From Hydrolagus colliei (lineage: Eukaryota), in the NCBI GenBank assembly GCA_035084275.1, contig CM068748.1, forward strand, positions 8,060,001 to 8,124,000: a stretch of 64,000 bases of DNA, in the 5' to 3' direction. The notes under the pieces were generated by a model. It did no database searches. It was not told where the DNA came from and was given only the letters and a program-made list of their open reading frames with translations. A program made the position numbers and the translations under genes. Each line of letters opens with the position of its first letter. Position 1 is the first letter of the stretch. This document shows, in pieces, positions 48,001 to 60,401 of this stretch.

Positions 48001-51000
48001 TTATTATTTATTCTTATAATTTTTTTAATTGAACAGTAAATCAGAAAGTGTGACTATCATAATGTAAGTTGCAGCATTTCAATCCCAAGCTTGTTTGTTT
48101 TGTGAATACTTCTTTTTAGACTTGATATTGAAATGTTAAGGGAGTCTATATTTTTGTCCATATTTTGGAATAAAACTGGTCTATACTGTTGTATCAAGAT
48201 TTGTTGAGTCAAAATTAACAGTAAAAGCTATTTCCCTGTACCTCCACACAGTTTATAAAGCTGCTTCCTATATTGAGAGCTACCCAATCAAACTATCTGT
48301 AAAATACTTCCTCTATGCTACAGAATGTTTCAAACCTGGTAACAGTTTCCTTCTTGCCATGGCTGCAGCCCGATGGCTATCGTACTCCACAAATGCAAAG
48401 CCCCGGTTTTTGGTTTTATCAGCTGCACTGGGGTACACGATTACATCAACAACCCCTTCTGTGACTTTCTTCATTTCTGCCAAAATTTCATCTCTTCGCT
48501 TTGTCTTGGGGATTCCACCAACAAACAAACGGCAGTTGTCAACACTTGCACATACACCCAACAGCCGTCCATTTCTACAGGAAATTAAGGACCTGCGTTA
48601 TTTGCGATGATTAGTAAGTAAATTTGATCTGATTTGCAGTATTTCTTTTTGAATTTCTTATTGGAATCAATGGATCATAAGGAAAATTGAAAAGTCCTTA
48701 CACTAAAGTCTTTTCTTGAGTTTGAGTTTTTTTTAATTGAAAAACCACAAAGAAGAAATCCATAAGACCTTTTAAGACAATTAAGATCTGCCCAATATAT
48801 TCAGAATAAAATTTGCATAATTAAATAATTTTTTTAATGGAAAAAAGCCAACACTTATTTCTTGAAACTGCAATATTGCTATTTTTTGTGGAGTATTCCC
48901 AACATCTTACAGGAAAACTACAATGTTTTTCTCATTGATTCGTGTTCTTACAAGTTAAAGAAGACCCAACATTCAATTAATAGAATTATTATAATAATCC
49001 TGGAATTTGATATAGCACCTTTTTATATCAGTGAGACATCTCAAAATGCTTCACAGAACACACAATTGACTAATAATTATATTATATATTCAAATAATTA
49101 TATTTTTTCAAACCTTTTTCCCTGTTTGCAAACCATTTGTTAGTGTGTAAAACGCATCATACTTTACAATGATTTAGCAATCTGTTATGTTTCTTATCTA
49201 TTTGGGGTTTGGCTAAATAAACTGCTTATTCTCCAGTATCCATTGGGACTTTGGGTATAATTTATTGCCTTGATTTCAGCAACTCTTACAAGAAGTATTG
49301 TAGTTGTCCTCAGTTGCATTAAAAACTAACCTTATTTCATAATTATTAAGCTGTTTAATTGCATTTCTGGCTTCTTGTCTATTCGAAAACAATACAAAGG
49401 CATATCCCCTATTATTTCCATTAAAATCCATCATCATCCGTAATTCATATATTTTTCCAATCTGAAAAACAATGATAGAAATGTCATGTGAATGGAATGA
49501 AAATAGATTATTATTTGTCTTCACTTTTTTAGAATTCGAAAAGAAAAGATACTTGGCTTCTTTCCTTTCTTAATGGACATAATTCTCTGCAATATACAGT
49601 ATATAGAAAATTTGAAGGAAAATACCCGTAGTTTAACCACACTGCATAGTAATACATTTTACATGACAGATTTTAAGTCTTCTTCAGAGGTTTGTGTGTG
49701 ATACTAATGTGCCTCATTTTCAGTGAGGAAACACAAAAGGAAATAGAACAGGTATGATGAAAAGTTGTCCATGGTTTGTAAAACAGTAGTTCCATTTAAT
49801 AGATGGTGGTAAAGGATAAGGATTTCGGATTGACTGTGGTACCCATTTGAAGTTTCTTGCCCCTATACAATGCTACCAGCTAACTACTGTACTTCACATA
49901 CACAGCTCATATTGGGCTTTTGATGGAAACTCAGGAAAACTGTATTGCTTTCTACACCATTCTGACTCCAACTTAAATGAGTGCAAATGTTCCAAAGTCT
50001 TTTCTTGGAACATTCAACAGAGAGCATCTTGGAATGTTTGGAGACCCCACATTACTGGACTTCATGAGGCAATTTCAGACCAAAAAATCCTTAGCTAATC
50101 AACAACTGAGTTACCTAAATTAAGTTAGCTGTAGCTTTTTATATATTCACATCCACGATCTCTTGGGGGAGAGAATACCAGATTCCTACCATCCTTCGAG
50201 TGAAAAAATGCTTCCTGAATTCACTCTTAAATGGCCTAGTTCTAATTCTAAGACTATGTCCCCTTGTTTTGGATTTCCCCACCAGAGGAAGTAGCTTCTC
50301 TCTATCTACCCTATCAAATCCCTTTATCATCTTAAATACCTCAATCAAATCACCCCATAACCTTCGAAACTCAAGGATATGCAATCCAAGTTTACACACC
50401 TTTCCTCTGAACTTAGCCTATTATCCTGCCACTTTTAACCATTTGCCTTCTTACATTTAAAGATACACATGTTATTAAAGCATTACTTTTTCCAAAACTG
50501 GTACAAGTTCATCTTCATAAAGATCTCGTGGTAATTTGCCAATGAAAATCTCACAGCCCCTCTCAGGAGGTAGACCTTCCCACCCTGGAGGGGGACCCCC
50601 ATATTTTCTTTGCCCATTTTCCTGCAAGAGAAGAGTGGTCATCATTAATTATTTTGAACAAGAAAGCATTCTAGCACCGTACAAATGGGAAAAAGACTTC
50701 AATAAATTGAGTACAATTAGCAATTGCAACCACAAGTCCAGCCTGACAAATGTAACATTTATAAAGAGTAAAATAAATCTACACTTAGATGTCCTACAAA
50801 TAGACAGCAAGTAAATGACCAATTTTTTAGGGAGGATTGGTGCCCAGTACACCGAGCTAAACACCCATCTCTTTTCGAATCATTCCATGGGATTTTTTTT
50901 GAGACATCTAGAAGACGTGAAAAGCACTATATCGAATGCAAGCATTATTACTATTATCTTTAACGTCCACCTAAACAGACAGACAGGGCCTTGGCTTAAC

Positions 51001-51914
51001 ATCTAACATGATGGTTTCCACCTCTGCCAATAGTACATCACCAGCACTGCGTTTTAAGTTTTAACCCAGACTAAAGATCTCACATAGGGTTTGAATTAAC
51101 AACCTGCTGAATCCAGAGGTGAGAGTGCTACCAAATCAGCCAAGCTGACACCACCAGCATGGACTGATGGCTGATGATAGTGAATAAAATGGCTATAACA
51201 GAATCACATTCAATATTTTGCCTTTTTAGTACACTTCCTGAAAATGATGCGAAAATTCTAATGGTAGCCTTTTGAATCTAATTGTTCCTATGAGCTGTCA
51301 ATATTACAGATGAACATCAGCTAGAACAATCCATCAATGTGTGATGTTGCTATGTGCAATGCTGATGTGTCTCCAACTGTGTATGTGTAAACAAGGAAAT
51401 AGCAGCAACTAAAATGTCATAAATGTAATCTTTGTGAAATGCATGTTTCACCTCTCCTGTGATGTGTCAGGGATGGAAATTATCCCCCAAAACATCTAAT
51501 GTTTACATTTTTGATCATTTTATTTAACAATCTGGAACACATGCTACCTTGGTACCGATTTGAATCACAATTATTTGCAATACACATCATATATGCAGAA
51601 TTACTCTACAGCAAAAAAGGTTTCATGTTAGCAACGTCCTGTATGCATTCTGATCTTTATTCTCGGTGAAACAAATCCCAGAAATGCCAAGAAACCATTA
51701 GTTCATTATTCTCTAGCATATTTAATAATTTAATCAGGAAAGCTTATATTTGTTTGAAATTTTAATAAAATAATTATTTGGAACCTGTTTTGACCTGGTG
51801 TCTTTCGCCTCCTACCTGCACCAAGCTATATCCTGTGCGCTGAATCAATGCACGTAAAGTTGCTTCTTTTTGAGTTCCGGTCAATCCATCCCCGTTTTTT
51901 TGATTTGATTCCAT
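37518..51914 (-). CDS. A1CF: APOBEC1 complementation factor A1CF, full coding span (11 coding exons, ~591 aa long / ~583 aa short isoform)
   Basis: Hand-spliced frame: [18 protein letters not shown]..., three RRMs ([22 protein letters not shown]), RG-rich region, dsRBD-like [21 protein letters not shown]-terminus [14 protein letters not shown]...GAF*. All introns are GT-AG. Confidence 0.97.
38710..38840 (-). CDS. A1CF: A1CF coding exon 10 ([29 protein letters not shown]..)
   Basis: ctctcag acceptor, donor gtatgt; too short to appear in the ORF track. Confidence 0.92.
38989..39014. repeat. (TA)n microsatellite
   Basis: Perfect dinucleotide run. Confidence 0.9.
44542..44678 (-). CDS. A1CF: A1CF coding exon 9 ([23 protein letters not shown]..., dsRBD-like)
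   Basis: ccacag acceptor, donor gtaggt, 137 nt. Confidence 0.94.
44805..45022 (-). CDS. A1CF: A1CF coding exon 8, with alternative acceptors at 45022 (long, EIYMSVPV) and 44998 (short)
   Basis: ttcctag/AAATTTACATGAGTGTACCTGTAG/GGGCTGCAGGA; RGLGGRGY; donor gtagga. Confidence 0.93.
46622..46892 (-). CDS. A1CF: A1CF coding exon 7 ([17 protein letters not shown]...PSVR)
   Basis: ORF track 46524..46919; AG/GT boundaries. Confidence 0.94.
46985..47082 (-). CDS. A1CF: A1CF coding exon 6 (RRM3, [14 protein letters not shown])
   Basis: tttcag acceptor, donor gtacta, 98 nt. Confidence 0.94.
47786..47950 (-). CDS. A1CF: A1CF coding exon 5 ([17 protein letters not shown]...)
   Basis: ORF track 47622..47969; AG/GT boundaries. 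Confidence 0.95.
48336..48574 (-). CDS. A1CF: A1CF coding exon 4 (RRM2, [10 protein letters not shown])
   Basis: ORF track 48313..48561; AG/GT boundaries. Confidence 0.95.
49331..49461 (-). CDS. A1CF: A1CF coding exon 3 (RRM1, NNRGYAFV)
   Basis: ORF track 49276..49524; AG/GT boundaries. Confidence 0.95.
50140..50400 (-). mobile_element. CR1 LINE ORF2 C-terminal fragment
   Basis: [21 protein letters not shown]...TRGHSLRI...[17 protein letters not shown]. Confidence 0.9.
50487..50621 (-). CDS. A1CF: A1CF coding exon 2 ([14 protein letters not shown]...[11 protein letters not shown])
   Basis: ttgcag acceptor, donor gtaatg, 135 nt. Confidence 0.95.
50813..51150 (-). mobile_element. Deu-domain-like SINE carrying an inserted, opposite-strand SINE tail (50901..50957)
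   Basis: Core ccatgggat...ctttaacgtccacc is split by gagacatctagaagacgtgaaaagcactatatcgaatgc(att)n. Confidence 0.65.
51816..51914 (-). CDS. A1CF: A1CF first coding exon, CDS part (exon begins ~51959)
   Basis: [33 protein letters not shown], donor gtagga. Confidence 0.94.
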
Positions 51915-54248
51915 TGTTAGTGATTATCAGCAAAAAATCAGGATAATTAGAGGTGCTCACTGAAATCAAATTGAAATTCAATACATATTTAATTAATGTT
52001 ACATGAAAGTGTTTAGGGTATCCTACAAGGTCTGTAGGAAGCAGTTACAAAAATGCCCAACTACTCGTATATGGTTGTACTGACAGATAACATTTATCTT
52101 GTGTCCAAAATCAATTAAATCTGATGAAAAAATTTGAATCCCTGAGCATTTTTACAAATAATTTTTTTCAAGCTAATTACAATAGAGAAATTAATGATAC
52201 TGGATATTAGACATCACATTCACACCAATCAATGGTGAACAAGAAGATAATAAACACCCTAAAATCAGTAAACCTAATAACCTTGACAGTCAAACTCTTC
52301 CTGTCATCTTGCTTGCTGATGACATAGGCCTTACTGAAGAGTAAAATTCAAGAGAGCTTGTTTTGCATTATCCCGGTTCATTCCTCTTATATACACTTTA
52401 TTGAAATGTGTGTGAGAGATTGGACAACAGACAAATTTTAAACCTTTGCGACCCCAATCACACCTACCATTTTGACTAAGCACTAGTTAGTATTAGAGGA
52501 TATGGGATTGGTTGTACATTATGCAAGGCTAGGAATGGAAAATGTGTTTGTCAACACAAAGGACCACAGGAGTTTGCTACTGAGCTTTTATGACAATATG
52601 GTCACCAATTTCGCCGTCATCAATCTTATATGAATGTCACAGGCTGTAGGGATTGTAGTAGTGGTTGTTGGGTTGTGACACTGGAAAGGCAGCAAGAATT
52701 TGGTGTCAACATGCATCACAATTTTCCGACAGAACCGATCAACAATAGTATTTGGCGCCAGACAGTGTCTCAATAACCAAATAGAAGGTCATCAATCTAG
52801 CTACAGGGCCTAGAATTTATTATTGATTATCCATTAGCTGACCCTTTGAATCCAGATCAAGATACTATACTTGTAATTGTCTATTTTAATTTACAGTATT
52901 AGGCGATTATGCCATGTCCAGAAGAGTTTTGTTTACTTTAGCAGGCAGGAGAACGGTTTCAAATAGAGGAGCAGAAAACATATCCGTAACTCCATAACTA
53001 CCCTCTGCCAGCAACCAATGTCCATCTGTCTTGCTTTATCAGTTGTTCATAATTATTATTGGTTCTAGCCATTACTCTTTGGACCTTGTTGCTTAAAGTT
53101 GTTGGAACTATCTATGTTGGTATACAATACATACAAAGGCTATAACGTCCTAACATTCCTAGGGTTATTTTTTTTTAAAACAACATTTGTTTAAAGTTTT
53201 TTTAAAATCCGCCATGTTCAGACAAACCGAGTTCACTGCATTTTCCCACACAGTGTTTATAAACTGTAATATTAGCCCACACTTTTGGTTGAGTTACTGC
53301 CTTGCATTGCCCTCCAGTGAGCTGCAGCACCTGTCACCGAGTTTGTGTCTCCTTGGTGTACGTTTTTAGAGGTTGTTTGCGTGGTGAAGGAACTCTTTGG
53401 AGAAGCCTGGTTACTGTTTGCACGAACAAGATAACTAGATGATGTTTATCTTGTGCAGATCGATAGCAGTTTGTTTCAGACATGTTGACTTAAGCTAAAA
53501 CCCATATGGTGACACAGGCCATTGCACAACATTTGCTACAAGGCACTGCACTGGCTACCAGTGAAGTTTCTCAATCCCACACTCCTGTATGTCTGCTGTC
53601 CAACTTAAATACAACCAAGGAACGGCATTATAGGGTTGTCTTTGTGGTTCACATTCCCGCTTTTTTCTTAACAAAAAACGAAGCTATTAACCCATTGGAA
53701 ATATTTCTCCATTGCCCTGTCAAATGCACTTCCTTTTCCCTTGAAACCTTCACGCACCACGTTGCAATCTGTTGGAAGAGTTCACTTTCTTTTCCTGCTC
53801 ACGGATTTACTATTAATAATCCACATTACTATTGCAGTGGCCTGATCTTGCCACCTCAGCCCCCAACTCCCCCACTCCCACCACCCCCTCACTTCAAGGC
53901 GTTTCAGTTAAGAGTCGTTTTTCTCCACCTGGTCACACTCACTCCTCAAAACCAATTCTCTCAGCATATTGGGAGTCAACCAACCACACGAGGAGGACAG
54001 ACAGAGACAGACAGACAGACAGACAGATGGATGGACTGACTGATTTGCTCGGTGGTCAGCTTATTCAGTTTAAACGCACTAATGGATGACTTAAATTACA
54101 GTCAGCAAAAAATAAAACACCAAATTGAAATGAAATGGAAAGTTTAAAAAAAAACAAGCAGCTCTCCCCCACCCTCACCCTCCTCTCACCCCTACACCCC
54201 CCCCCCACACACACACACACTCTTCTTCTCACCCACCACCCCACTTAC

Positions 54249-54297
54249 CTGAGCAATTTCAGAGATCACCACCTGGAAAAAAGTCTTCCTTGATTAT
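54249..54297 (-). other. A1CF: A1CF non-coding exon 1 (5' UTR)
   Basis: Minus strand ATAATCAAGGAAGACTTTTTTCCAGGTGGTGATCTCTGAAATTGCTCAG followed by consensus donor gtaagt; resembles my recollection of the mammalian A1CF mRNA 5' end; 5' boundary approximate. Confidence 0.75.
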
Positions 54298-54390
54298 GGT
54301 GGATTGGCGACGTGTCACCAGTGTTATTCTGTAATCATCGTATCAAACATCCAAAGGTTCAGCTCAAGGGGCTGGTTAACAATCGGCTCG

Positions 54391-54404
54391 GGTTAAACTT
54401 TAAC
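54391..54404. promoter_or_regulatory. HNF1-type site in the A1CF proximal promoter
   Basis: GGTTAAACTTTAAC against consensus GGTTAATNATTAAC, ~95 bp upstream of exon 1. Confidence 0.55.
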
Positions 54405-55510
54405 TTGTCTATCTCCCTCCAGCACTGGGCAACTCTTTGCTCAGCCCCATGAGCAGTCAGTCAGTGAGTGAGTGAGTGAGTGAGCAAAGCCAGCGAGGGC
54501 TTACTTTCCAGCCAAACTCTGATCAAACTCTGAAGGACACTACAACTACAACTACTATAGCAGCAGCAGCAGCAGCAATAATGGTCATGTTTCACTCCGA
54601 GCCTGGTGGGTTGTTGTGTTTTTGTCCACCTTTTCATTCCTGTAACTCTGGCCTGTGGGAAATACTGTACTGACCAAATAAAAAAAAAGAGCTGAGGCTT
54701 TGAGAGGGGGGGTGGGTGGGGTGGGGGAGAGTTTCCATGGCACCTGCAGGAGTAACACGTCACCTTGCAGCACCTCCATCAGGTTTACCTGAGCAGGAAG
54801 AAACCACATTCAGAATGCCTCCTCGCTGTTGGCTTTTTTTAAAAAAAAATTATATTAACAAAAAATGGGCGGACATGAAACCTCAGGTTAGAATGATTTC
54901 TGCAGCCCAGCCCAGCCAAAGGCGGATCTAGGAGAAGGCCACGTGTAAATGTGAAAGGCAGCAAAGCATATTACCTGGCAGGCTGTGTGTGAACTATCTG
55001 TCTGTCTGTCTGTGTGTGTGTATGTGTGTGTGTATAATGAGATCCCTCGCCTCTGGTTTAATAAAGTCCTCGATATTTTTTTTTCTGAATTGCAATCTGC
55101 TCTTTCATTGAAAATAAACGATTTCGAATTGAATACAAATGATTTCAGATTTTTCACCCAGCCAGACCAAAATATGTATCGGTGTTTTTTTTTCTACTGT
55201 TGTGACTTGTTGTATTTTTGTGTGTTCCTTAATTTCTAGGCTCTTGACATTCTCTGTTTCTCTCTCCCCTCTCTTCGCTCCCAAGTTTAACTTTTTCCTT
55301 TCTGGGATCCTTGGGAATCGCAAGTATGGGATTAGCTGCAGATCATCATTTGGGAGAAGGGTTTGTCACAGAGACTCTGAGCTTTCAAGATAATTATAGC
55401 CACGCACCCTCCCTCCTCTTTGCTAAATTGCTCTGCGTGAACTTCATATCGACCTCTTTATTAATTAATTGGCGAATGGCACTGACTGTGTTATATTTGG
55501 TGGTATTTGT

Positions 55511-55790
55511 GGAGTCCTGTAGTTCGGTGGTTAGAGCGCTCGCCTTGCAAGCAAGAGACCTGGGTTTGATTCCTGTCAGGGCGAAACCTTGGGCAAGTTT
55601 CCATACTCCACATGCCTAATAATAATCCCTCAAAAAAAAGAAAATTTGTGGTCACTCCAACCACGACTGTTTGTGGGGCACTACAATGTGCAATTGCCTG
55701 CTGCTTTTCACCCACAAATCAATTCACTTTACAGTATATTCTGTGAAGTGCTTTGGGACATCTAGAAGATGTGAATAGCGCTATATCAAA
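55511..55790 (+). mobile_element. tRNA-derived SINE, full length
   Basis: ggagtcctgtagttcggtggttagagcgctcgccttgcaagc head; same family. Confidence 0.88.
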
Positions 55791-58700
55791 ATATGCTGGA
55801 TTATACACCAGTAATTTCATGGCTTGCTATAAAACAGCAACACTATAAATTGCTATTTTGGAAGTACAATTGGGCGAACGATATGTCAGTCAGTAGTTAA
55901 GGCGTTAATTAGTTAGTTAAGTAGTTAAGTAGTTATTAGAATCTTCCATGTTGAGGTTAACCCAACGAAGGAGGTAGATTACCTGTTTATGTATAATCCA
56001 CTTGTTCTTGAACAATATTAAATAATTCAAGTAAGTAAGTAATTTGCTCCAGCTAACCATTGATATTTACATTTGTATCAATTGGTATTTATAGAAATCT
56101 ATCATTCAATCTAAATGCTTTACATTATTCATTTCCATCTTCAATGTGAAAAGAATATACAGTAGTCCAAGGTTTATGGACTACTTTGGAGCTTTATGTT
56201 GTGACTGGTGGGTAAGAAGCCATCATACTTTTATAATCTTTTATCCCTTCCCTACAAAATGAATCAAACCTTAATAATGCATTGATTGCTAATCGTAATA
56301 ATAATACTTGGATGTAGCATGTTATCATGTCACTAAGACTGCTCAAAGCACTTCACAGGATATACCATAAAATGGTGTGATTGTGTGTGTTTTGTGCGAG
56401 AACATGTAGTGATCAAAATTGTTTCGGTGAAGAAATACAAATTTTGTTATCCAATGTTGATGTTTGTTTCCAGTAGGTAACAAACATTATGGATCATTTG
56501 ATAAGCACTGTATGTTGTTCTGAATGGCCATCTCAAAGAATTGCTGTATTTTTGTTGTGAAAACAATTAACATTTTTTCCATCTTCCACATGAATGCACT
56601 GCGAGCAATACTCAGAGGACAAAGAGTGATTAAAACTTTCAATCCCTGTAAATGGAATTGGTAATGTCAAATGACTTTATAATGCAGCTTTTTAAATTTG
56701 TATTGTGCAAAGCAAACCATTATGAACAGATGGTATTTAATGCAGGCTTTGGATTTCACAAACTTAAATTGTTACATATACAACACAAAGGATGCTGCTA
56801 CTTCTTCAGCAATATTTGTAAAGAAAATGAATAGATATCGATGAACAGAATCTAATAATATCTTAACTCTCTCTTTCTCCCTTTGAATAGTGACAAAATT
56901 GAAACCCTCTTTTTATTCAAGCACATTTAGTTTTCAATCATTGTGTAGTTCTGAGTTGTTCTGACTTAACTGCATGTTTTAGATCATTTGTTCATTTCTC
57001 TGGATGCGCTCATATGTTTGAAACAATTGAAATTTAAATTCCTACATTTTTTAGAGCTATTGTGGCAGTGTTGCTTACAAATGCATCTTTGGTTAAATGT
57101 GCTTGTTTATCTCAGTAAAATGTGTTGTATATTGTACTTTATCATAATTTTAGTCATTATAGCTGGAACACTAAGCCACAATTAATTTACATTGGTCAAA
57201 GGCCTCAGTGGTAGGCTAGTAATATACCGGTAATGCAATTGAATAATTTGAACTAACTTCTTATTATCATTATTGACTAACTCTAATACTGCTGCAAGCC
57301 ACTATGTGGTCTTGGAAATCTGTTACGCAGGGATACCTATTGCTGATGTGTGTTCAAAGTGCAATGTGCGGTTATAGGTATATAAACTGAAATGTTTGTA
57401 ATTATTAGAATTTGGAAATTTGTAAGTGAAGCCAGTGGAGCAGCCTTTTTAAAATAAATTCAAGTCTTTTATAAAATTCAAGCATTGCCAAGCTCTTTTG
57501 TATCATGACCACTTTTCATTACACTGTGGAAAAAAGGTGTTTTTAATACAGTACTTGGTTATTTTCCGTTCCTCAACCAAAATACTTTCTTCTTTTCCAT
57601 AATTTCCTCTTTTCTCGTTTGGAGAGGATAGGCCCGAAAATTTTAATGTTTCAGAGTTATTGGATGAAGTTTTGATAGATGTATCAAAGGAATCCTCTGG
57701 GAAGTTGGAGAGGTGGCTAGGCTAAATAAATCAGTGGTCTCCTGTCTGAAACTCTGCTAACTCTATTACTTTTCTTCTTCGTGAACAGGGTTGCCTGATT
57801 AGCAAATCGTCTGAAATCCAAGGTCAGGTACTAAACCTTCCCATGAACTAGAGCAATTACCTGCTGTGCAATTTAAAATCCGATCTCTATCTTTATTGAA
57901 GATAATTACTGCATTTCATTGGCAAATCCATTTGAAAAGTGTGCTCCTTGATCAAGAGGCGAATGTGACTTTTCATATGTATGAAGTACAAAATTTATGA
58001 AGTTCATTATTTTCAATCCTGTCAAAATATATTCTTGTAGACTGGTTGTTGAGCTGTGTTACTAGAGGGACAACAGATATAGGTTTATGAACAGATGTGC
58101 TTACTCCTCTGGTCTTCCACACATAAGGTGATAGCAGTATTGTGCTGTACAACATATATGTTTATGGTAATCTTGACAGTTAATGTTGATGGAGAGACAT
58201 TTTTATCTTTAAGTTACAACCCCAGACATTAATCTAAAACTCCATAAATGTTTCTTATGATGTTACAAAATACATTGTACTGTATAATGAAACAACAAAA
58301 TGGAGTATTACCGTAGATACCGTGAGATGCTAATTGTGTTTTGTTGTAGTTTATTGTGTTAAATATCTCTACCTTTATGATACACTGCAATAAATCAATA
58401 AAAAAATGTATTCTTGCATCTTGCATCATTCTTGCATCTGACGTAGTGCCTTTTCTTTCACATCAATAGGGTGTTTCTGCACAGCAATGCCCAACAAACA
58501 GCCAGGAAGTGAAGAATGATCATTTGTATTTGGGTGATTGTTGGCCATTATAAACTCTTTTTGAACAGTGCTGCAATTTAAGCCAAGCAGACAGGTACAT
58601 TTTGTTTTATCCTGTTGGATGAATTGAAATCCCATGGGCTTATAGAGCAGCAAATGTTGTGGTTAGCACTTTTCTAGGGTTAATCATTGATATCATAATT

Positions 58701-59213
58701 ATCTGAATGCCATTGCTACTGGCTGCTGACCAACGTGTCATCACCACAAAGCTTTGGTAAATGTAAGATTAATAAACAAATCAAATAGTCCAAAGGCTTT
58801 GAAAGACAACCTTGGCATATCTTCTGTGACCACCTCCAATAAATCATTACCTTCGACCGAGCAAAGAAACATATGAATGTTACTAGTTTTGGAGCTTGAG
58901 GAAATCCAAAATGTTTTTCAATTTACAAAAAAAATCTGGAAAACAATTACACAGAAAAACATTGGAGTTTAGTTTTGAAGTGCACAAGCTTAATAGTCTC
59001 ACAGAAGAATTATGCAAGATCAAAGCTTCCTGGGATTCGTTTGAAGATATCTGCCCAGTATTGTGTGACTTTCTTGCAACTCCTGCTGCATTTGGGGTTT
59101 TAAAACTGCTGAGTAAACTGAGAAGTGTTGTGCACAACCTCCTTGGAAATGCTCCAGTAATAGATATCCTGTACTGGAACCGCAGACTGCACAGTGCTTT
59201 TATGATAAGGTCT

Positions 59214-60022
59214 TTTATCAACAACTAACGACGTTTCAGCTGATCTCCACCTTCAGAATACTCTGTTTTCTACCTATAAAGGAAAATGATTGAATGGGTT
59301 TTTGGGACACCAAAAAAGTGGTTATGAAAATGGTTAAGACTTTTTAAAATATAACAACAATTGTGCTACTTCAGTTTTGTGATTGTATTTCCTGGAATGG
59401 ACAAATAGAGAGCAATATGAAAGAGTAAAGCTGAACTTTCTGTAAGAATAATGCATTTTTTGAATAGTTTACCACTGAAAATAGGTACAGTATTACCTTA
59501 TGGCAGAAATGTCTGAATGCCAGATAATCCTCTTTCTGGGATCTGAATGCAGAAAAGGGAGAGAACAAGATAGCCAGCTGCTGGAATAGTTATTATTATT
59601 ATTTCATCAACATCAATGCAATATCTAGTGGAAAGCCATTCTGTAAATAACATCTGTGTCTTTACACCAACACAATATTCAGATACAATATATGCCCCCC
59701 ACCTCAAACCCCCACCCACCACAAGAACCTAGTTTGATACTCAGCCAAGAATTGATGAGTCATGTTCATAGAATGACAGTTTGCACTCTGATCATTACAA
59801 TCCAAGGTGCAAAGTTGGCAGAGAAGATAGCAAGGTACGGAATTCAATATCTCTGAAAATGCTTCAAAAGTTATATTCATCAACTTATTAGGTCTCTTGT
59901 TTAAAAAAAAAACTTTGTATGTCTGCCACACAAACCCATTCAATCATTTTCCTTTATAGGCAGAAAACAGAGTGTTCTGAAGGTGGAGATCAGCTGAAAT
60001 GTCGTTAGTTGTTATTGATAAA
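59214..60022. repeat. Long inverted repeat (arms ~59214..59301 and ~59932..60022)
   Basis: ~90-bp arms, about 3 substitutions plus a 3-nt indel by eye, ~630-bp spacer. Confidence 0.93.
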
Positions 60023-60401
60023 CAGAAACTGGTAGCTTCAGGAGTTGAGCAATGAAGAAAAATATAATGAAAGACATGGAGAAAAAGCCGTGTATGGTGT
60101 CATAGTTAAAGCCTTCAATCAGGTGAGTTCAATACAATATATCATTACTAGAGGCCAGTCAGTGGCTGAAGCATTTGAGTTTTATTTGTTATATGTAGCG
60201 TCAAACAGTGGAATCTAAAATGTTAGTTAACCTGGCTACTACTAACATGGCGTGCGGGCATTTGAAGATGGTTAGCCCATTGGTTATTAGCTCAAACTGT
60301 ATTTTAATAACCCCTATTGTGTTATTAGGTAACGTTTTGACCATTTAAAATCAATAGAATTAATAGGCCTGTCTGTATATTTGTACTTTGTGAACACGAT
60401 A

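Larger units (their letters stand above)
53996..55032. repeat. Cluster of short tandem repeats around the A1CF 5' end ((GACA)n, (CA)n, (GTGA)n, (GCA)n, (TG)n, G/C runs)
   Basis: Visible runs at ~53996, 54207, 54463, 54558, 54705 and 54998. Confidence 0.8.

Noticed and set aside
53506-54039. Longest ORF in the track (177 aa, + strand), antisense to A1CF intron 1
   Set aside because: No recognisable domain; its Pro-rich and TDRQ segments come from C-runs and a (GACA)n microsatellite
58883-59228. Overlapping 110-aa and 113-aa ORFs on opposite strands next to the inverted repeat
   Set aside because: Non-ATG starts, no recognisable motif in the frames I read, and no splice context
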